Assembly (NCBI GenBank): GCA_964521295.1 | Contig: CAZFRF010000001.1 | Span: 850,066 to 914,065, forward strand | Length of the DNA: 64,000 nucleotides | Direction: 5' to 3' | DNA from: an uncultured Gammaproteobacteria bacterium | Lineage (GTDB): Bacteria > Patescibacteriota > Microgenomatia > Levybacterales > UBA12049 | Part shown: in pieces, positions 36,697 to 45,986 of the stretch | Position numbering within the stretch: position 1 is the first letter of the stretch | Layout: each line of letters opens with the position of its first letter | Notes under the pieces: model-generated | What the model saw: the letters and a program-made list of their open reading frames with translations, nothing else | The model's database searches: none | What the model was told of the DNA's origin: nothing | Program-made: the position numbers and the translations under genes

Positions 36697-37971
36697 ATGC
36701 AATATAAGAGAAAAGTCCTCAAGAATGGTTTGCGTATAATTACAGTTCCAATGCCTGGATTTGAATCAGCTACAGTTATGGTCATGGTAGGTGCTGGCTC
36801 TAGATACGAAACGCCTCAAAACAATGGAATATCCCATTTTCTAGAACATATGGCTTTTAAGGGCACTACAAAGCGTCCAACAGCCCAAGATATAGCGAGT
36901 TTAATTGATGGAATTGGTGGAGAATTTAATGCTTTTACGAGCAAAGAAATAACTGGATATTTTGTTAAAGCTTCAAAAAACCATGTTGAGCTTTGTTTAG
37001 ATATTCTTTCAGACATGCTACAAAACTCTAAATTAGATAAGCTAGAGCTTGAAAAAGAAAAAGGTGTTATCTTAGAAGAAATTAACCTTTATGAAGATAC
37101 GCCTGCAAGAAAAATAGGCGATGTTTACGAAGCACTTTTATATGGTGACACTCCAATGGGTTGGGATATTGCAGGAAGGAAAGAAGTAATCAGGGCAATT
37201 ACCAGAGAAGATTTCGTTAAATACATGGGAAGCCTTTATAGCGCAAATAACATCACAGTTGTTGTTGCTGGTGGAATTAATTCTGAGGAAACTGAGGCTA
37301 ATATAGAAAAATATTTTGGAGAAATGAAATCTTTTGATACAGTTAAGTATAATAAATTAACTGAAAACCAGGTCAAACCAGATCTTTCTATAAAAAAGAA
37401 AACTACAGAACAGGTTCATATTGGAGTCGGATTTAGAACTGTTTCTATTCAAAGTGAAGATAGACACGCATTATCAGTTTTAGCAGCAATTTTAGGTGGA
37501 GGAATGAGTTCAAGGCTATTTAGTGAGGTTAGAGAGAAAAGAGGCTTGGCATATTATGTTAGAACTAGTTCAGATCATTATGCAGATGCTGGTCATATAG
37601 TTTCAACAGCAGGCCTTGATCCTAAAAGAATCGAAGAGGGAATAGAGGTAATTGTGGCTGAGTATTCTAAATTTGCCAAGGGCAAGGCTAATGTAACCGA
37701 AAAAGAGCTAGCAAAAGCTAAAGAATATCTAAAGGGCCATATGGTTTTAGAGCTTGAAGATAGTCGATTTGTGGCCGCATTATATGCTCAAGCTGAGCTT
37801 TTAGAGCCATCAATTGAGACCCCAGAAGAGCTTTTGAGGATTATAGATAAAATTACGGTTAAGGATGTAGAAGAGGTTGCTAAAAAATATTTCAAACAAG
37901 AAACTCTTAATTTAGCCATAATTGGCAATTTTGAAGATGGACAAAGATTTGAAAAATTGTTAAAATTGTAA
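36697..37971 (+). CDS. M16 family zinc peptidase (insulinase/pitrilysin-like)
   Basis: Inverted zinc motif 'HFLEHMAFKGT'. 424 aa. Extended -10 'tTGcTATAAT' at 36680-36690. Confidence 0.85.
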   Translation: MQYKRKVLKNGLRIITVPMPGFESATVMVMVGAGSRYETPQNNGISHFLEHMAFKGTTKRPTAQDIASLIDGIGGEFNAFTSKEITGYFVKASKNHVELCLDILSDMLQNSKLDKLELEKEKGVILEEINLYEDTPARKIGDVYEALLYGDTPMGWDIAGRKEVIRAITREDFVKYMGSLYSANNITVVVAGGINSEETEANIEKYFGEMKSFDTVKYNKLTENQVKPDLSIKKKTTEQVHIGVGFRTVSIQSEDRHALSVLAAILGGGMSSRLFSEVREKRGLAYYVRTSSDHYADAGHIVSTAGLDPKRIEEGIEVIVAEYSKFAKGKANVTEKELAKAKEYLKGHMVLELEDSRFVAALYAQAELLEPSIETPEELLRIIDKITVKDVEEVAKKYFKQETLNLAIIGNFEDGQRFEKLLKL

Positions 37972-37975
37972 AAAT

Positions 37976-38437
37976 ATGGAAAAAACAGTAGTTTTAGTAA
38001 AACCAGATGGAGTTCAAAGAGGACTTATTGGCGAAATAATCCACAGATTTGAAAGAAAAGGCCTTAAATTAGTAGGTTTAAAGATGATTTCATTAACAGA
38101 TGCTATTTTAGATGAATGGTACGTTCATCATAAAGATAAGCCATTTTTTCCAGGCCTTAAGAGTTTTATGATGGAATATCCAGTTGTTGCCATGGCCTTA
38201 GAAGGAACTGAAGCAGCTTCAGTAGTAAGAAAAATGATTGGAATTACTAAATCTAGAGAAGCTGAGCCAGGAACAATTAGAGGAGATTTTGGAATGAGCC
38301 AACAATATAATTTAATTCATGCTTCAGAAAGTAAAGAAGCAGCTGATAGAGAGATTAAATTAATGTTTACAGAAGATGAATTATTTGAGTGGGATAGAAC
38401 AGATGTAGTCCACGTTTTGCTTCCTGAAGAAAGATAA
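37976..38437 (+). CDS. ndk: Nucleoside diphosphate kinase
   Basis: 'TVVLVKPDGVQRGLIGEIIHRFERKGLKLVGLKM' and 'NLIHASES' (active-site His region). Confidence 0.9.
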   Translation: MEKTVVLVKPDGVQRGLIGEIIHRFERKGLKLVGLKMISLTDAILDEWYVHHKDKPFFPGLKSFMMEYPVVAMALEGTEAASVVRKMIGITKSREAEPGTIRGDFGMSQQYNLIHASESKEAADREIKLMFTEDELFEWDRTDVVHVLLPEER

Positions 38438-38446
38438 TTATTCTTT

Positions 38447-39670
38447 TTATTGTTCTGCTTTAGCTTTTTCAATTTCGTCGAGAATATAAAGTCCTACTTC
38501 TGCAATTGGATGTCTTTGGCTCATGTTTTCAAGAAGTTCTGCTAACTGGGATAGGTTAGAACTACTTTTTTTAGCTATGGCTTCAATAGTTGCTTTCATG
38601 ACCGTTCTGCTTTCATTTCCCATTTGGTCGAAAACGTCTAATGCAGCTTCTGGTCCAGGTTGATCTCCCCAAGGTTCATCTAATAGCTCAGCCAGTCTAG
38701 CTCCTAAAAATTTTTGAGTTCTTTCTGAACGAGCAATTGAAGCTTGAACAAGTGAATCACCAAATACAGCTTGGTATGTCATTTCAGGTTTAATTTCTTG
38801 GAGTTTTTCAAAATCATATCTTACTTGAAATCTTAAGCTGTTTGGATCTTCCGGATGAGTATGAAGCGTACCTAGTAAGTAGGGTAGGACTAATTGATCA
38901 ATTAATTTGGGATCAACAGCTAGATTACCATCTAGGTTTGTTTCAGCTGCTACCTTTTTTATAAATTCTAGATACGCAGTTAACCCCTCAGTTGTAAATC
39001 TGCCCATATCTGTCTCATGTTTAACGTGTGAATAGGTTGTTAAGCCTCTATTTCTTTCATAAAGAGGAATATATTCTGCTGCTAAGGCTGGATCAAGCTC
39101 TTGGCCATGATCTAATAATATATCTTCAACTCTATCAGGTGCAGTAGCTGAGCCTAGCTCTTCCCAAAAAGCACCATTTGCAAGTGCTTTTGGAGCTTCA
39201 GGTGTTAAAAACTCTGGAAAGATTGAGCCTGGTTTTTCGACCATATGTCTAAGTAATAGGCTGTGGCCTCTTGCGTATCCTGGAGCTGTTCTTACTTGTT
39301 CATCTGTAGGATTTATTGCTACGTCAACTATTCCTGCTGTAAGAGTATGAAGTTGTTCCGTTGTGAAGGCTTGTCTTGTCCAAGCTCTAGCCTCTTGTCT
39401 TTTGAGATCATATTCTTCTTTGGGTACACGTGACCATCTTTCAGGATGATCTAAATCCCCTTTAGCTGGTCCATCAAGAATAGACATTGGTCCCCAAGCT
39501 TTTCCTTTCTTAAGGTCTCCAAATAATACGCCAAACTTGTCTTCCGTATGACTTCTTGGTTGTCCTAATTCAGGATGAGCGGCAAGTACGGCTCCTCTTA
39601 CTGCTAAGGCTTTTTCAGCTGCAGTCGGAGATTCAATAGTTCTTCTAACTAATTCAATTCTTGTTGGCAT
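38447..39670 (-). CDS. Hypothetical 407-aa protein, Ala/Arg/Glu/Leu/Pro/His-rich and compositionally unlike its neighbours
   Basis: Long intact ORF with no family recognised. Its amino-acid usage (low Lys/Ile/Asn) contrasts with the flanking genes. Confidence 0.5.
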   Translation of the reverse strand: MPTRIELVRRTIESPTAAEKALAVRGAVLAAHPELGQPRSHTEDKFGVLFGDLKKGKAWGPMSILDGPAKGDLDHPERWSRVPKEEYDLKRQEARAWTRQAFTTEQLHTLTAGIVDVAINPTDEQVRTAPGYARGHSLLLRHMVEKPGSIFPEFLTPEAPKALANGAFWEELGSATAPDRVEDILLDHGQELDPALAAEYIPLYERNRGLTTYSHVKHETDMGRFTTEGLTAYLEFIKKVAAETNLDGNLAVDPKLIDQLVLPYLLGTLHTHPEDPNSLRFQVRYDFEKLQEIKPEMTYQAVFGDSLVQASIARSERTQKFLGARLAELLDEPWGDQPGPEAALDVFDQMGNESRTVMKATIEAIAKKSSSNLSQLAELLENMSQRHPIAEVGLYILDEIEKAKAEQ

Positions 39671-39703
39671 TTTAAAAGAGGCAGGTATTTTGGGATTGTA
39701 ATA

Positions 39704-40162
39704 TTATTCCTTATCCGAGTCAATAGTTTCTTTTTTAGATTTTCGGGCTTGATAGATATCTAAGAATGCTAGTATAAAAATAGTTAATGATGTTCCGCAG
39801 GAGAGTAGGCAATACTGACAAAAACTTTTAATAATAAAGGCTTGCAGCCCAAGAAGATATAGGGAAACAATAACTCCGGTTACCGCGAAGAGATAAAAGA
39901 TTTGTAAAAATATTTTTCTAAAGCTAGTTAGTAAAACTAAGGATAAAATGATAACTGTAAGATAGAAAAAGCTACCGAATAAAGCTAAAGGAACTCCAAA
40001 AATGACAGAATATTCGCTGGTTAATACTTTTTCACAGCCTGTTGTTGTGCAAGGAGGGATTACATTTTTAAAATGCTGAATTGTAAGGTATGTAGAATCA
40101 AGAAAGCCAATAATTGCAGAGAGCAGTGCTAAGAAGATTAATTTACTATTTTGTAGTTTCAT
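39704..40162 (-). CDS. Vitamin K epoxide reductase (VKOR) family membrane protein
   Basis: Loop cysteines 'IPPCTTTGCEKVLTSEYSVIFGVPLALFG'. TM CxxC 'FCQYCLLSCG'. Confidence 0.8.
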   Translation of the reverse strand: MKLQNSKLIFLALLSAIIGFLDSTYLTIQHFKNVIPPCTTTGCEKVLTSEYSVIFGVPLALFGSFFYLTVIILSLVLLTSFRKIFLQIFYLFAVTGVIVSLYLLGLQAFIIKSFCQYCLLSCGTSLTIFILAFLDIYQARKSKKETIDSDKE

Positions 40163-40901
40163 TGTCTATTGCTTGTTTAATTTGATCTTTAAATTCTTCA
40201 TAAGTATTTACGCTTGCCATTTTTTTGCCGTTAATAAAAAAACTTGGAGTTGATTGAAGACCGATGCTATTCGCATCTGTTACTGAGTCATCAACAAACT
40301 TTTTAGCTTCACTAGATTCCATATCTTTTAGGAATCTATTTGTATCTAAGCCTATTTTTTGAGCATAGCTTACAAACACACTTTTTGCATCGGTTCCTTC
40401 TGCCCAGTCTGTCTGATTTTCATAAAGCAAGTCATACATTTCCCAGAATTTATTTTGTTTATATGCAGCATAGCCTGCTTGAGCGCTAATTTGAGCATTC
40501 CTATGAATATTTACTAGAGGAAAGTATCGGTAGACGAAATATATTTTGTCACCCATCTCATTCATAAGAGGTCTTATGACATTTTCATGATAGGATTTAC
40601 AGGCTGGGCATTGAAAATCTCCGTATTCAGTCAAAACAACTTTAGCTTTTGGATTTCCTTTTGTGAAAATATCTTTTTTAGAAGGCTCTGGAACTGTAAT
40701 TGAACTAGTTTGGCTTCCAGATGGGGTATTGACTAGCCAAGCAAGGCCAATAATTCCCAAAACTATTACGATTCCAACAGTTGCCCAAAGGCCAATTTTT
40801 TTATATTGCTCAGTCTTTTTAGCTTTTTCTGCTTCTTGTTGCCACTCTAATTTTCGAAGTTCTCTTTTTTCGGCTTTAGTCAATTTTTGAGGATTATCCA
40901 T
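40146..40901 (-). CDS. DsbA-like thioredoxin-fold thiol:disulfide oxidoreductase with an N-terminal TM anchor
   Basis: 'GDFQCPACKSYHENV' CPxC active site. Overlaps the VKOR gene by 17 bp, so the two form an operon. Confidence 0.8.
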   Translation of the reverse strand: MDNPQKLTKAEKRELRKLEWQQEAEKAKKTEQYKKIGLWATVGIVIVLGIIGLAWLVNTPSGSQTSSITVPEPSKKDIFTKGNPKAKVVLTEYGDFQCPACKSYHENVIRPLMNEMGDKIYFVYRYFPLVNIHRNAQISAQAGYAAYKQNKFWEMYDLLYENQTDWAEGTDAKSVFVSYAQKIGLDTNRFLKDMESSEAKKFVDDSVTDANSIGLQSTPSFFINGKKMASVNTYEEFKDQIKQAIDNETTK

Positions 40902-40952
40902 GAGATTTATGATCGCATTTTAACAGTTAATTTTCAAGAGGTAAAACCCAGC

Positions 40953-41366
40953 TTAGCCTTGTCTAAGTTGGTAAGCTTGACGATGAGCTTTTATTACTGT
41001 ATTTGAAGCGTTTAGTCTCTCGGTTAAGCCAAAATACATGTGGCCAGCTTTTAGCGTTAAAGTTTCAATTAGTTGGCTTGGTGTCCATAAATTTAGAGGA
41101 GGTAAGACAACTGTTGCGTGATTAGTAAATTCTAGAACAACTGAGTGTTGTAAGTCTAGAGTTTGAGGTCTATATTCTTCTTCAGTTGCAAAGTGAGCAA
41201 ATGGTCGAGGCCTAAGTTGAAGCATACTTTCATCTGCGAAAACTAAAGCATCAGGTATTTGTGATGCACCAATTTTACCAGCAAAATGCCTAACTACATG
41301 CTGATCTGCGCTTCCCGCAATCTCCCTAAAGGGAATAATTAATGGTGTTTCGATTGTGTTTTTCAT
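40953..41366 (-). CDS. Hypothetical protein (137 aa)
   Basis: ORF only. No motif recognised. Confidence 0.35.
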   Translation of the reverse strand: MKNTIETPLIIPFREIAGSADQHVVRHFAGKIGASQIPDALVFADESMLQLRPRPFAHFATEEEYRPQTLDLQHSVVLEFTNHATVVLPPLNLWTPSQLIETLTLKAGHMYFGLTERLNASNTVIKAHRQAYQLRQG

Positions 41367-41441
41367 ATTTTGGGAATTATAGCTTCAAAAAACTATTATG
41401 TAAAGAGTAGAAAAGCTTAATGTATGGTAAAATATTAACAT

Positions 41442-41513
41442 GCCCTCGTAGCTCAACGGATAGAGCAGACCCGTCCTAAGGGTAAGATAGAGGTTCAATT
41501 CCCTTCGAGGGCA
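41442..41513 (+). tRNA. tRNA-Arg (anticodon CCT)
   Basis: Cloverleaf: acceptor GCCCTCG/CGAGGGC, D stem GCTC/GAGC, anticodon loop gTCCTAa with U33, T loop TTCAATT. One G.A at 27-43 and one A.C in the T stem. No encoded CCA. Confidence 0.7.
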
Positions 41514-41515
41514 CA

Positions 41516-42265
41516 GTGAAAAAAACGGAAATTATTAAATTTCTCATCTTGCGTACCATCGGAAATTTTCTGGTACTTTTTGCTATTTTTGGAATTATTT
41601 CTACTTTTGGTCCAGCAGTATATTTTGAGGTTAATTATCAGATAGTTAAAGCAAGGGGAGTAAGATACATAGTTGAAGCTAAAGAGCCTACTAAACCATC
41701 TTTTGCAGATTTATATAATCAAAATTCTACTTCTACGGTAGTTAAGACTCAAGCTCCCAAGACAAAAGGAGTAGAGAGCTTTTCAGATGTATTATTAGGC
41801 GCTAAGGAACAGATTCTAACACCTAAAGATACTGATTTTAGTATTGTTATTCCTAAAATTGGAGCAAGCGCTAAGGTTTTTCCTAATATAGACCCGTCAA
41901 ATGAGGATGAATTTTTACCAATTTTAATGCAAGGCGTTGCGCATGCAAAGGGTACAGTTTTCCCTGGACATATTGGTAATACCTATTTATTTGCTCATTC
42001 TACTGATAATTTTTGGGATGTTGGAAGGTATAATGCCATTTTTTATCTCCTTAAAGATTTAAAACCAGGCGATGAAGTAATTATGTTTTTTCAAGGAAAA
42101 AGACATGATTACATAATTAATGATTCAAAGGTAGTCGATGCTTCAAATGTTGAGAGCATTGTGAATGCCCAAAGTACTGGAGTAGAGCAGCTGATTTTAC
42201 AAACATGTTGGCCTCCGGGAACTACTTGGCAAAGATTACTGGTTTTTGCAACTCCTAAGAAGTGA
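41516..42265 (+). CDS. Sortase family transpeptidase
   Basis: N-terminal TM. Catalytic His in 'YLFAHSTDNF', Cys in 'LILQTCWPPGT', Arg in 'QRLLVFATP'. The annotated GTG start lies 3 nt after the tRNA, so the true start is probably internal. TGA stop. Confidence 0.75.
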   Translation: MKKTEIIKFLILRTIGNFLVLFAIFGIISTFGPAVYFEVNYQIVKARGVRYIVEAKEPTKPSFADLYNQNSTSTVVKTQAPKTKGVESFSDVLLGAKEQILTPKDTDFSIVIPKIGASAKVFPNIDPSNEDEFLPILMQGVAHAKGTVFPGHIGNTYLFAHSTDNFWDVGRYNAIFYLLKDLKPGDEVIMFFQGKRHDYIINDSKVVDASNVESIVNAQSTGVEQLILQTCWPPGTTWQRLLVFATPKK

Positions 42266-42680
42266 GATCTACTTGAAAAGGTACAAAATTTGTTGGATCG
42301 TGTGGATTTTCATTAGCTGCCCATAGATCAGATGGTTCTCTAAAAAGAAAAGTATGGGCGACTCTAGCTGGAAGTTCTATTAATGTATCTGGTCCTAGGT
42401 TTTCAAATCTTTTTTGTTCTTTTGTTTCAGGATCAGAAAGAATAAGTTGATCAATTGCGCCTCTACCTAAAAAGAATAGTTCCGTGTCTAAGTGGTAATG
42501 TTGTCCTAAAACAAATCCCTCAGCAGATCCATTAATTCTGATGAGTCTTAAATTGCCAAATTTAGGTGCTATTTGGTCATAAAATTCAACAATTTGTCTT
42601 CTTGCATCAGTATGTACAGGTTGAATGACTTCAACTCTTGCTAAGTGGAGCGCTGATTGTCTGTTTTCTGGTCTTGTCAT
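42255..42680 (-). CDS. Cupin-fold protein (possible FdtA/WxcM-like sugar ketoisomerase)
   Basis: 'LGQHYHLDTELFFLGRGAID' is a cupin-like His/Glu motif. 141 aa. Confidence 0.35.
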   Translation of the reverse strand: MTRPENRQSALHLARVEVIQPVHTDARRQIVEFYDQIAPKFGNLRLIRINGSAEGFVLGQHYHLDTELFFLGRGAIDQLILSDPETKEQKRFENLGPDTLIELPARVAHTFLFREPSDLWAANENPHDPTNFVPFQVDLTS

Positions 42681-42716
42681 CGCTAAATTATATCCTATAA
42701 GATTTAAGCTGTCAAC

Positions 42717-43916
42717 TTATTTAAGGCTAATTGTATACAGATTAGGAGAGATTAAGGGGTTACCCAAATTAGTTAAGATTACGATTCTAGTAGCATCTGG
42801 CCATGGGAAGACAAAGTTTCCTTCAAATGGGCCCGCATAAATTGTAGTTTGGTTGGCTTTGTCATATTCCATAATGTCAATTTTGCCATCATGAACATAA
42901 ATTAAATGTTTAGAGTCAGGAGAGAACATTATTTCTCTTTGGTTTTCGATATTAGCAGTTAAGCCGTCTAAGATTTTATAATTTCTATCTTCTTTAATGT
43001 CATATACATAAACTCCATCCTTTTCTATATCTCTAACTTCAGGAGTAGAATCAGTGCCAATTAGGGCTGGGATGATAACCTGGGGAAGAGTAGCAGATTT
43101 AGAGGCGACATATAAAATCTTGGTTTCATCATCTGACCATTCTAGAATGTTAAAGTTTTCTAGTACTATCTTTCTCAAAGGTTTTTTTAAGCTATCCATT
43201 TGAGCTTTTTGTTTCTCGTCTTTAAGTTTAGTCCAGGCTGAATTAACGGTTGCTAAAGTCTCTGTAACGTCTTGAGGAGTAGTATTTAGGGTGGAAGAGT
43301 TAAGTAGATATTCTGTTCGAAAACTGTTATTTATAGAGGCAATGATTTGCTTGCTATCTGGTGACCATTTAAGAGCGCTTTGTGAGAAGGTATTAATAGT
43401 GTCAGTTGCTATCTGACTAGATGAGCTTTGTAAAGTTAAAATTGGTCTCAAAGTCATATCTAAAACATAAATTCCGTTTTTTACCGCTGATTGAGAGGCA
43501 ACTAAATAAGCAATTTTTGTTCCTGTAGGATCGATTACGGGGTTTTGAACACCTATATTAGTTATGCTTTCAAGTTTTGGTGCGTTAGGAATGAGTAGTG
43601 CGTCTGCTTTAGAAACTACTTCTTTTTTAATGACAATGTGTTTTTGCCATGGTAAATACCCTTCTTTAAAAATTTTTACATCATATTCTCCTGGGTTTAA
43701 ATTAATAGTATTGTCAGTTGCAGTAGTTAAGTGGCCATTTACAAAGACTTGTGCTCCATCAGGGGAGCTAGTGGCAACCAATAGCCCTGTTCCCGCTATT
43801 CCTGCTGAGCCTTGGGTTAAATTTAGTCTGTAGCCTTTGCCGTAAAAAATGATTCCTGCAGTTGCTAATATTATTGCAAGTAGAATTCCGAATGAAATAC
43901 CTATTTGTTTTTTCAT
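42717..43916 (-). CDS. Membrane-anchored PEGA-domain protein with a TolB-like beta-propeller
   Basis: N-terminal TM. PEGA 'VFVNGHLTTATDNTINLNPGEYDVKIFKEGYLPWQKHIVI'. Repeated 'SPDSK...IYV' propeller-like segments. Confidence 0.6.
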   Translation of the reverse strand: MKKQIGISFGILLAIILATAGIIFYGKGYRLNLTQGSAGIAGTGLLVATSSPDGAQVFVNGHLTTATDNTINLNPGEYDVKIFKEGYLPWQKHIVIKKEVVSKADALLIPNAPKLESITNIGVQNPVIDPTGTKIAYLVASQSAVKNGIYVLDMTLRPILTLQSSSSQIATDTINTFSQSALKWSPDSKQIIASINNSFRTEYLLNSSTLNTTPQDVTETLATVNSAWTKLKDEKQKAQMDSLKKPLRKIVLENFNILEWSDDETKILYVASKSATLPQVIIPALIGTDSTPEVRDIEKDGVYVYDIKEDRNYKILDGLTANIENQREIMFSPDSKHLIYVHDGKIDIMEYDKANQTTIYAGPFEGNFVFPWPDATRIVILTNLGNPLISPNLYTISLK

Positions 43917-44031
43917 TAATTAAGTATATCGCGTGATACTACCACTTGCAAGTAAAGATGACAATGTTATAATCGAATTACTGAGGCTAAACCTCAGTTT
44001 TGATATATAAATAGTATATTTTGATACACTT

Positions 44032-45051
44032 ATGGCGCTTTCAAAAAGAATTGGTATTGATCTCGGAACCGCAAATACTCTTGTTTACCTAGTGGGAGAA
44101 GGTATTGTTTTAAATGAACCTACCGTTGTTGCTGTAACAGCTGAAGAAAACAGGGTTGTAGCTGTTGGCAAAGAAGCTAAAGAAATGCTTGGTAGAACCC
44201 CTGGAAATATTGTTGCTCAAAGACCTTTGCGTGATGGAGTAATTGCAGATTATACGATTACCGAAGCTATGCTGACATATTTTATCGATAAAGCAGCAGG
44301 TAAGTCGCGTTTTTTCAAGCCAGAAGTTATGGTTTGTATTCCCTCAGGAGTTACTCAAGTAGAGAGAAGAGCGGTATTAGATGCAACTATGGCTGCAGGA
44401 GCAAAAGTAGCCTATTTAATAGAAGAGCCGTTGGCAGCAGCAATTGGGGCAAAAGTGCCAATTGCTCAGCCTGCGGGACACATGGTTGTTGATATTGGCG
44501 GAGGATCAACTGAGGCTGCAGTTATCTCTTTGGGAGGAGTTGTAGTTCATAATAGTGTTAGAGTTGGGGGAAACAAGATCGATGAGGCAATAGCAACTTA
44601 TGTCAAAAAGAAGTTTAATTTACTTATTGGTGAGCGTACAGCAGAAGAAATCAAGATCGAAATGGGCAATGCGTTATTAGATGAGAAAAAGGTTTCTGAG
44701 CAAAAGCACATGGAAATAAGAGGAAGGGATGCTATTAATGGCTTGCCACGTACAATTTCTCTTCACGAAGGCCAAGTAAATGAAGCTATTACGCCAACCT
44801 TAATGGATATAATCTCAGCTGTAAAAGGAGTTATGGAACAGACTCCACCAGAGCTAGCTAGTGACATTATAGATAAAGGTGTTGTTATGAGTGGGGGAAC
44901 TTCGCTTCTAACAAATTTTGATAAGTTAATGACTAAGGTAACTGGAGTTCCTTGTCATGTTGCTGAGGATTCTCTTTTATGTGTAGTTAGGGGCACAGGT
45001 GTAGCATTAGAGAATATAGAGCTATATAAAAGAAGTATAGCGAGAAAATAA
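44032..45051 (+). CDS. mreB: Rod shape-determining actin homolog MreB
   Basis: 'RIGIDLGTANTLVY', 'VVDIGGGSTEAAVISLGG'. 339 aa. Confidence 0.9.
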   Translation: MALSKRIGIDLGTANTLVYLVGEGIVLNEPTVVAVTAEENRVVAVGKEAKEMLGRTPGNIVAQRPLRDGVIADYTITEAMLTYFIDKAAGKSRFFKPEVMVCIPSGVTQVERRAVLDATMAAGAKVAYLIEEPLAAAIGAKVPIAQPAGHMVVDIGGGSTEAAVISLGGVVVHNSVRVGGNKIDEAIATYVKKKFNLLIGERTAEEIKIEMGNALLDEKKVSEQKHMEIRGRDAINGLPRTISLHEGQVNEAITPTLMDIISAVKGVMEQTPPELASDIIDKGVVMSGGTSLLTNFDKLMTKVTGVPCHVAEDSLLCVVRGTGVALENIELYKRSIARK

Positions 45052-45272
45052 GCCTATATTTTTAGAAATTAATTTTTTTTCGTAAAAATTTATTTAAAAT
45101 GTAACAAAATTTTCACAGAATATTTTATATAGTATTTTAAAGTAAATATTTGTTATTTTAACCATTATATTTAAGTATTAAGCACGTTTTAAAGAGGAAA
45201 AAATGAATAACTAATTTGAACAAAAGAGTTAAAATAGCTAAAAATAAAGTTATAAAAATTATCTTATATTAA

Positions 45273-45986
45273 ATGAATAATTTTAAAAAAATAAATCTGC
45301 TTGGAATTAGTTTTACAAACGCCACAGAATTAGAAGTCTTAGAGTTTATTAATACAAGCCTAAGAGATAATGCCAAAAAGTATTACATTGTTACCCCAAA
45401 TCCTGAGATTTTGGTAATTGCAGACAAAAATCCGGACTACAAAAGAGTGCTAAATGAAGCAGAATTAGCCTTGGCAGACGGGGTAGGGGTCATAATTGCT
45501 ACAAGACTTATGGGTAATAGGCTTAAACAGCGCATTGCAGGGGTAGATCTGCTCGAAAGTATATGTAGGTACTTTGCCGATAAGCCCGTCACGACAAGCT
45601 ATTTAGGGGCTGGGCCTGGAGTAGCAGAGATTACAGCTGAGCGCTTACAAAAAAAATATACAGGACTTAAAGTTGCATGGACTACCGAGGAGTATTTCGA
45701 TGAATTGTCAACAAAAAAGACAGATATTTTGTTTGTAGCGCTGGGTTCTCCAAAACAAGAATTATGGATAAACAAAAATCTCAACAAACTGAACGCTAAA
45801 ATTGTAATTGGAGTGGGAGGGGCTTTTGATTTTATTTCGGGAAAAGTGCCAAGGGCTCCAAGGTTTTTAAGAAACATAGGTCTTGAGTGGCTTTTTAGAT
45901 TAATTATTCAACCATGGAGAATTACTAGACAATTATCATTAGTTAAATTTATTTTTTTGGTAATTAAACAAAGATTTAAAATTTAA
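45273..45986 (+). CDS. WecG/TagA/CpsF family (GT26) N-acetylmannosaminyl-transferase-like glycosyltransferase
   Basis: 'YIVTPNPEILVIADKNPDY...ADGVGVIIATRLMG...VALGSPKQELWI'. Confidence 0.75.
   Translation: MNNFKKINLLGISFTNATELEVLEFINTSLRDNAKKYYIVTPNPEILVIADKNPDYKRVLNEAELALADGVGVIIATRLMGNRLKQRIAGVDLLESICRYFADKPVTTSYLGAGPGVAEITAERLQKKYTGLKVAWTTEEYFDELSTKKTDILFVALGSPKQELWINKNLNKLNAKIVIGVGGAFDFISGKVPRAPRFLRNIGLEWLFRLIIQPWRITRQLSLVKFIFLVIKQRFKI

Noticed and set aside
34411-37016. Minus-strand ORFs inside the GH-like paralog 2 and the M16 peptidase gene (34411-34794, 34781-34999, 35286-35579, 36816-37016).
   Set aside because: They are antisense to strongly supported genes and show no family signal.
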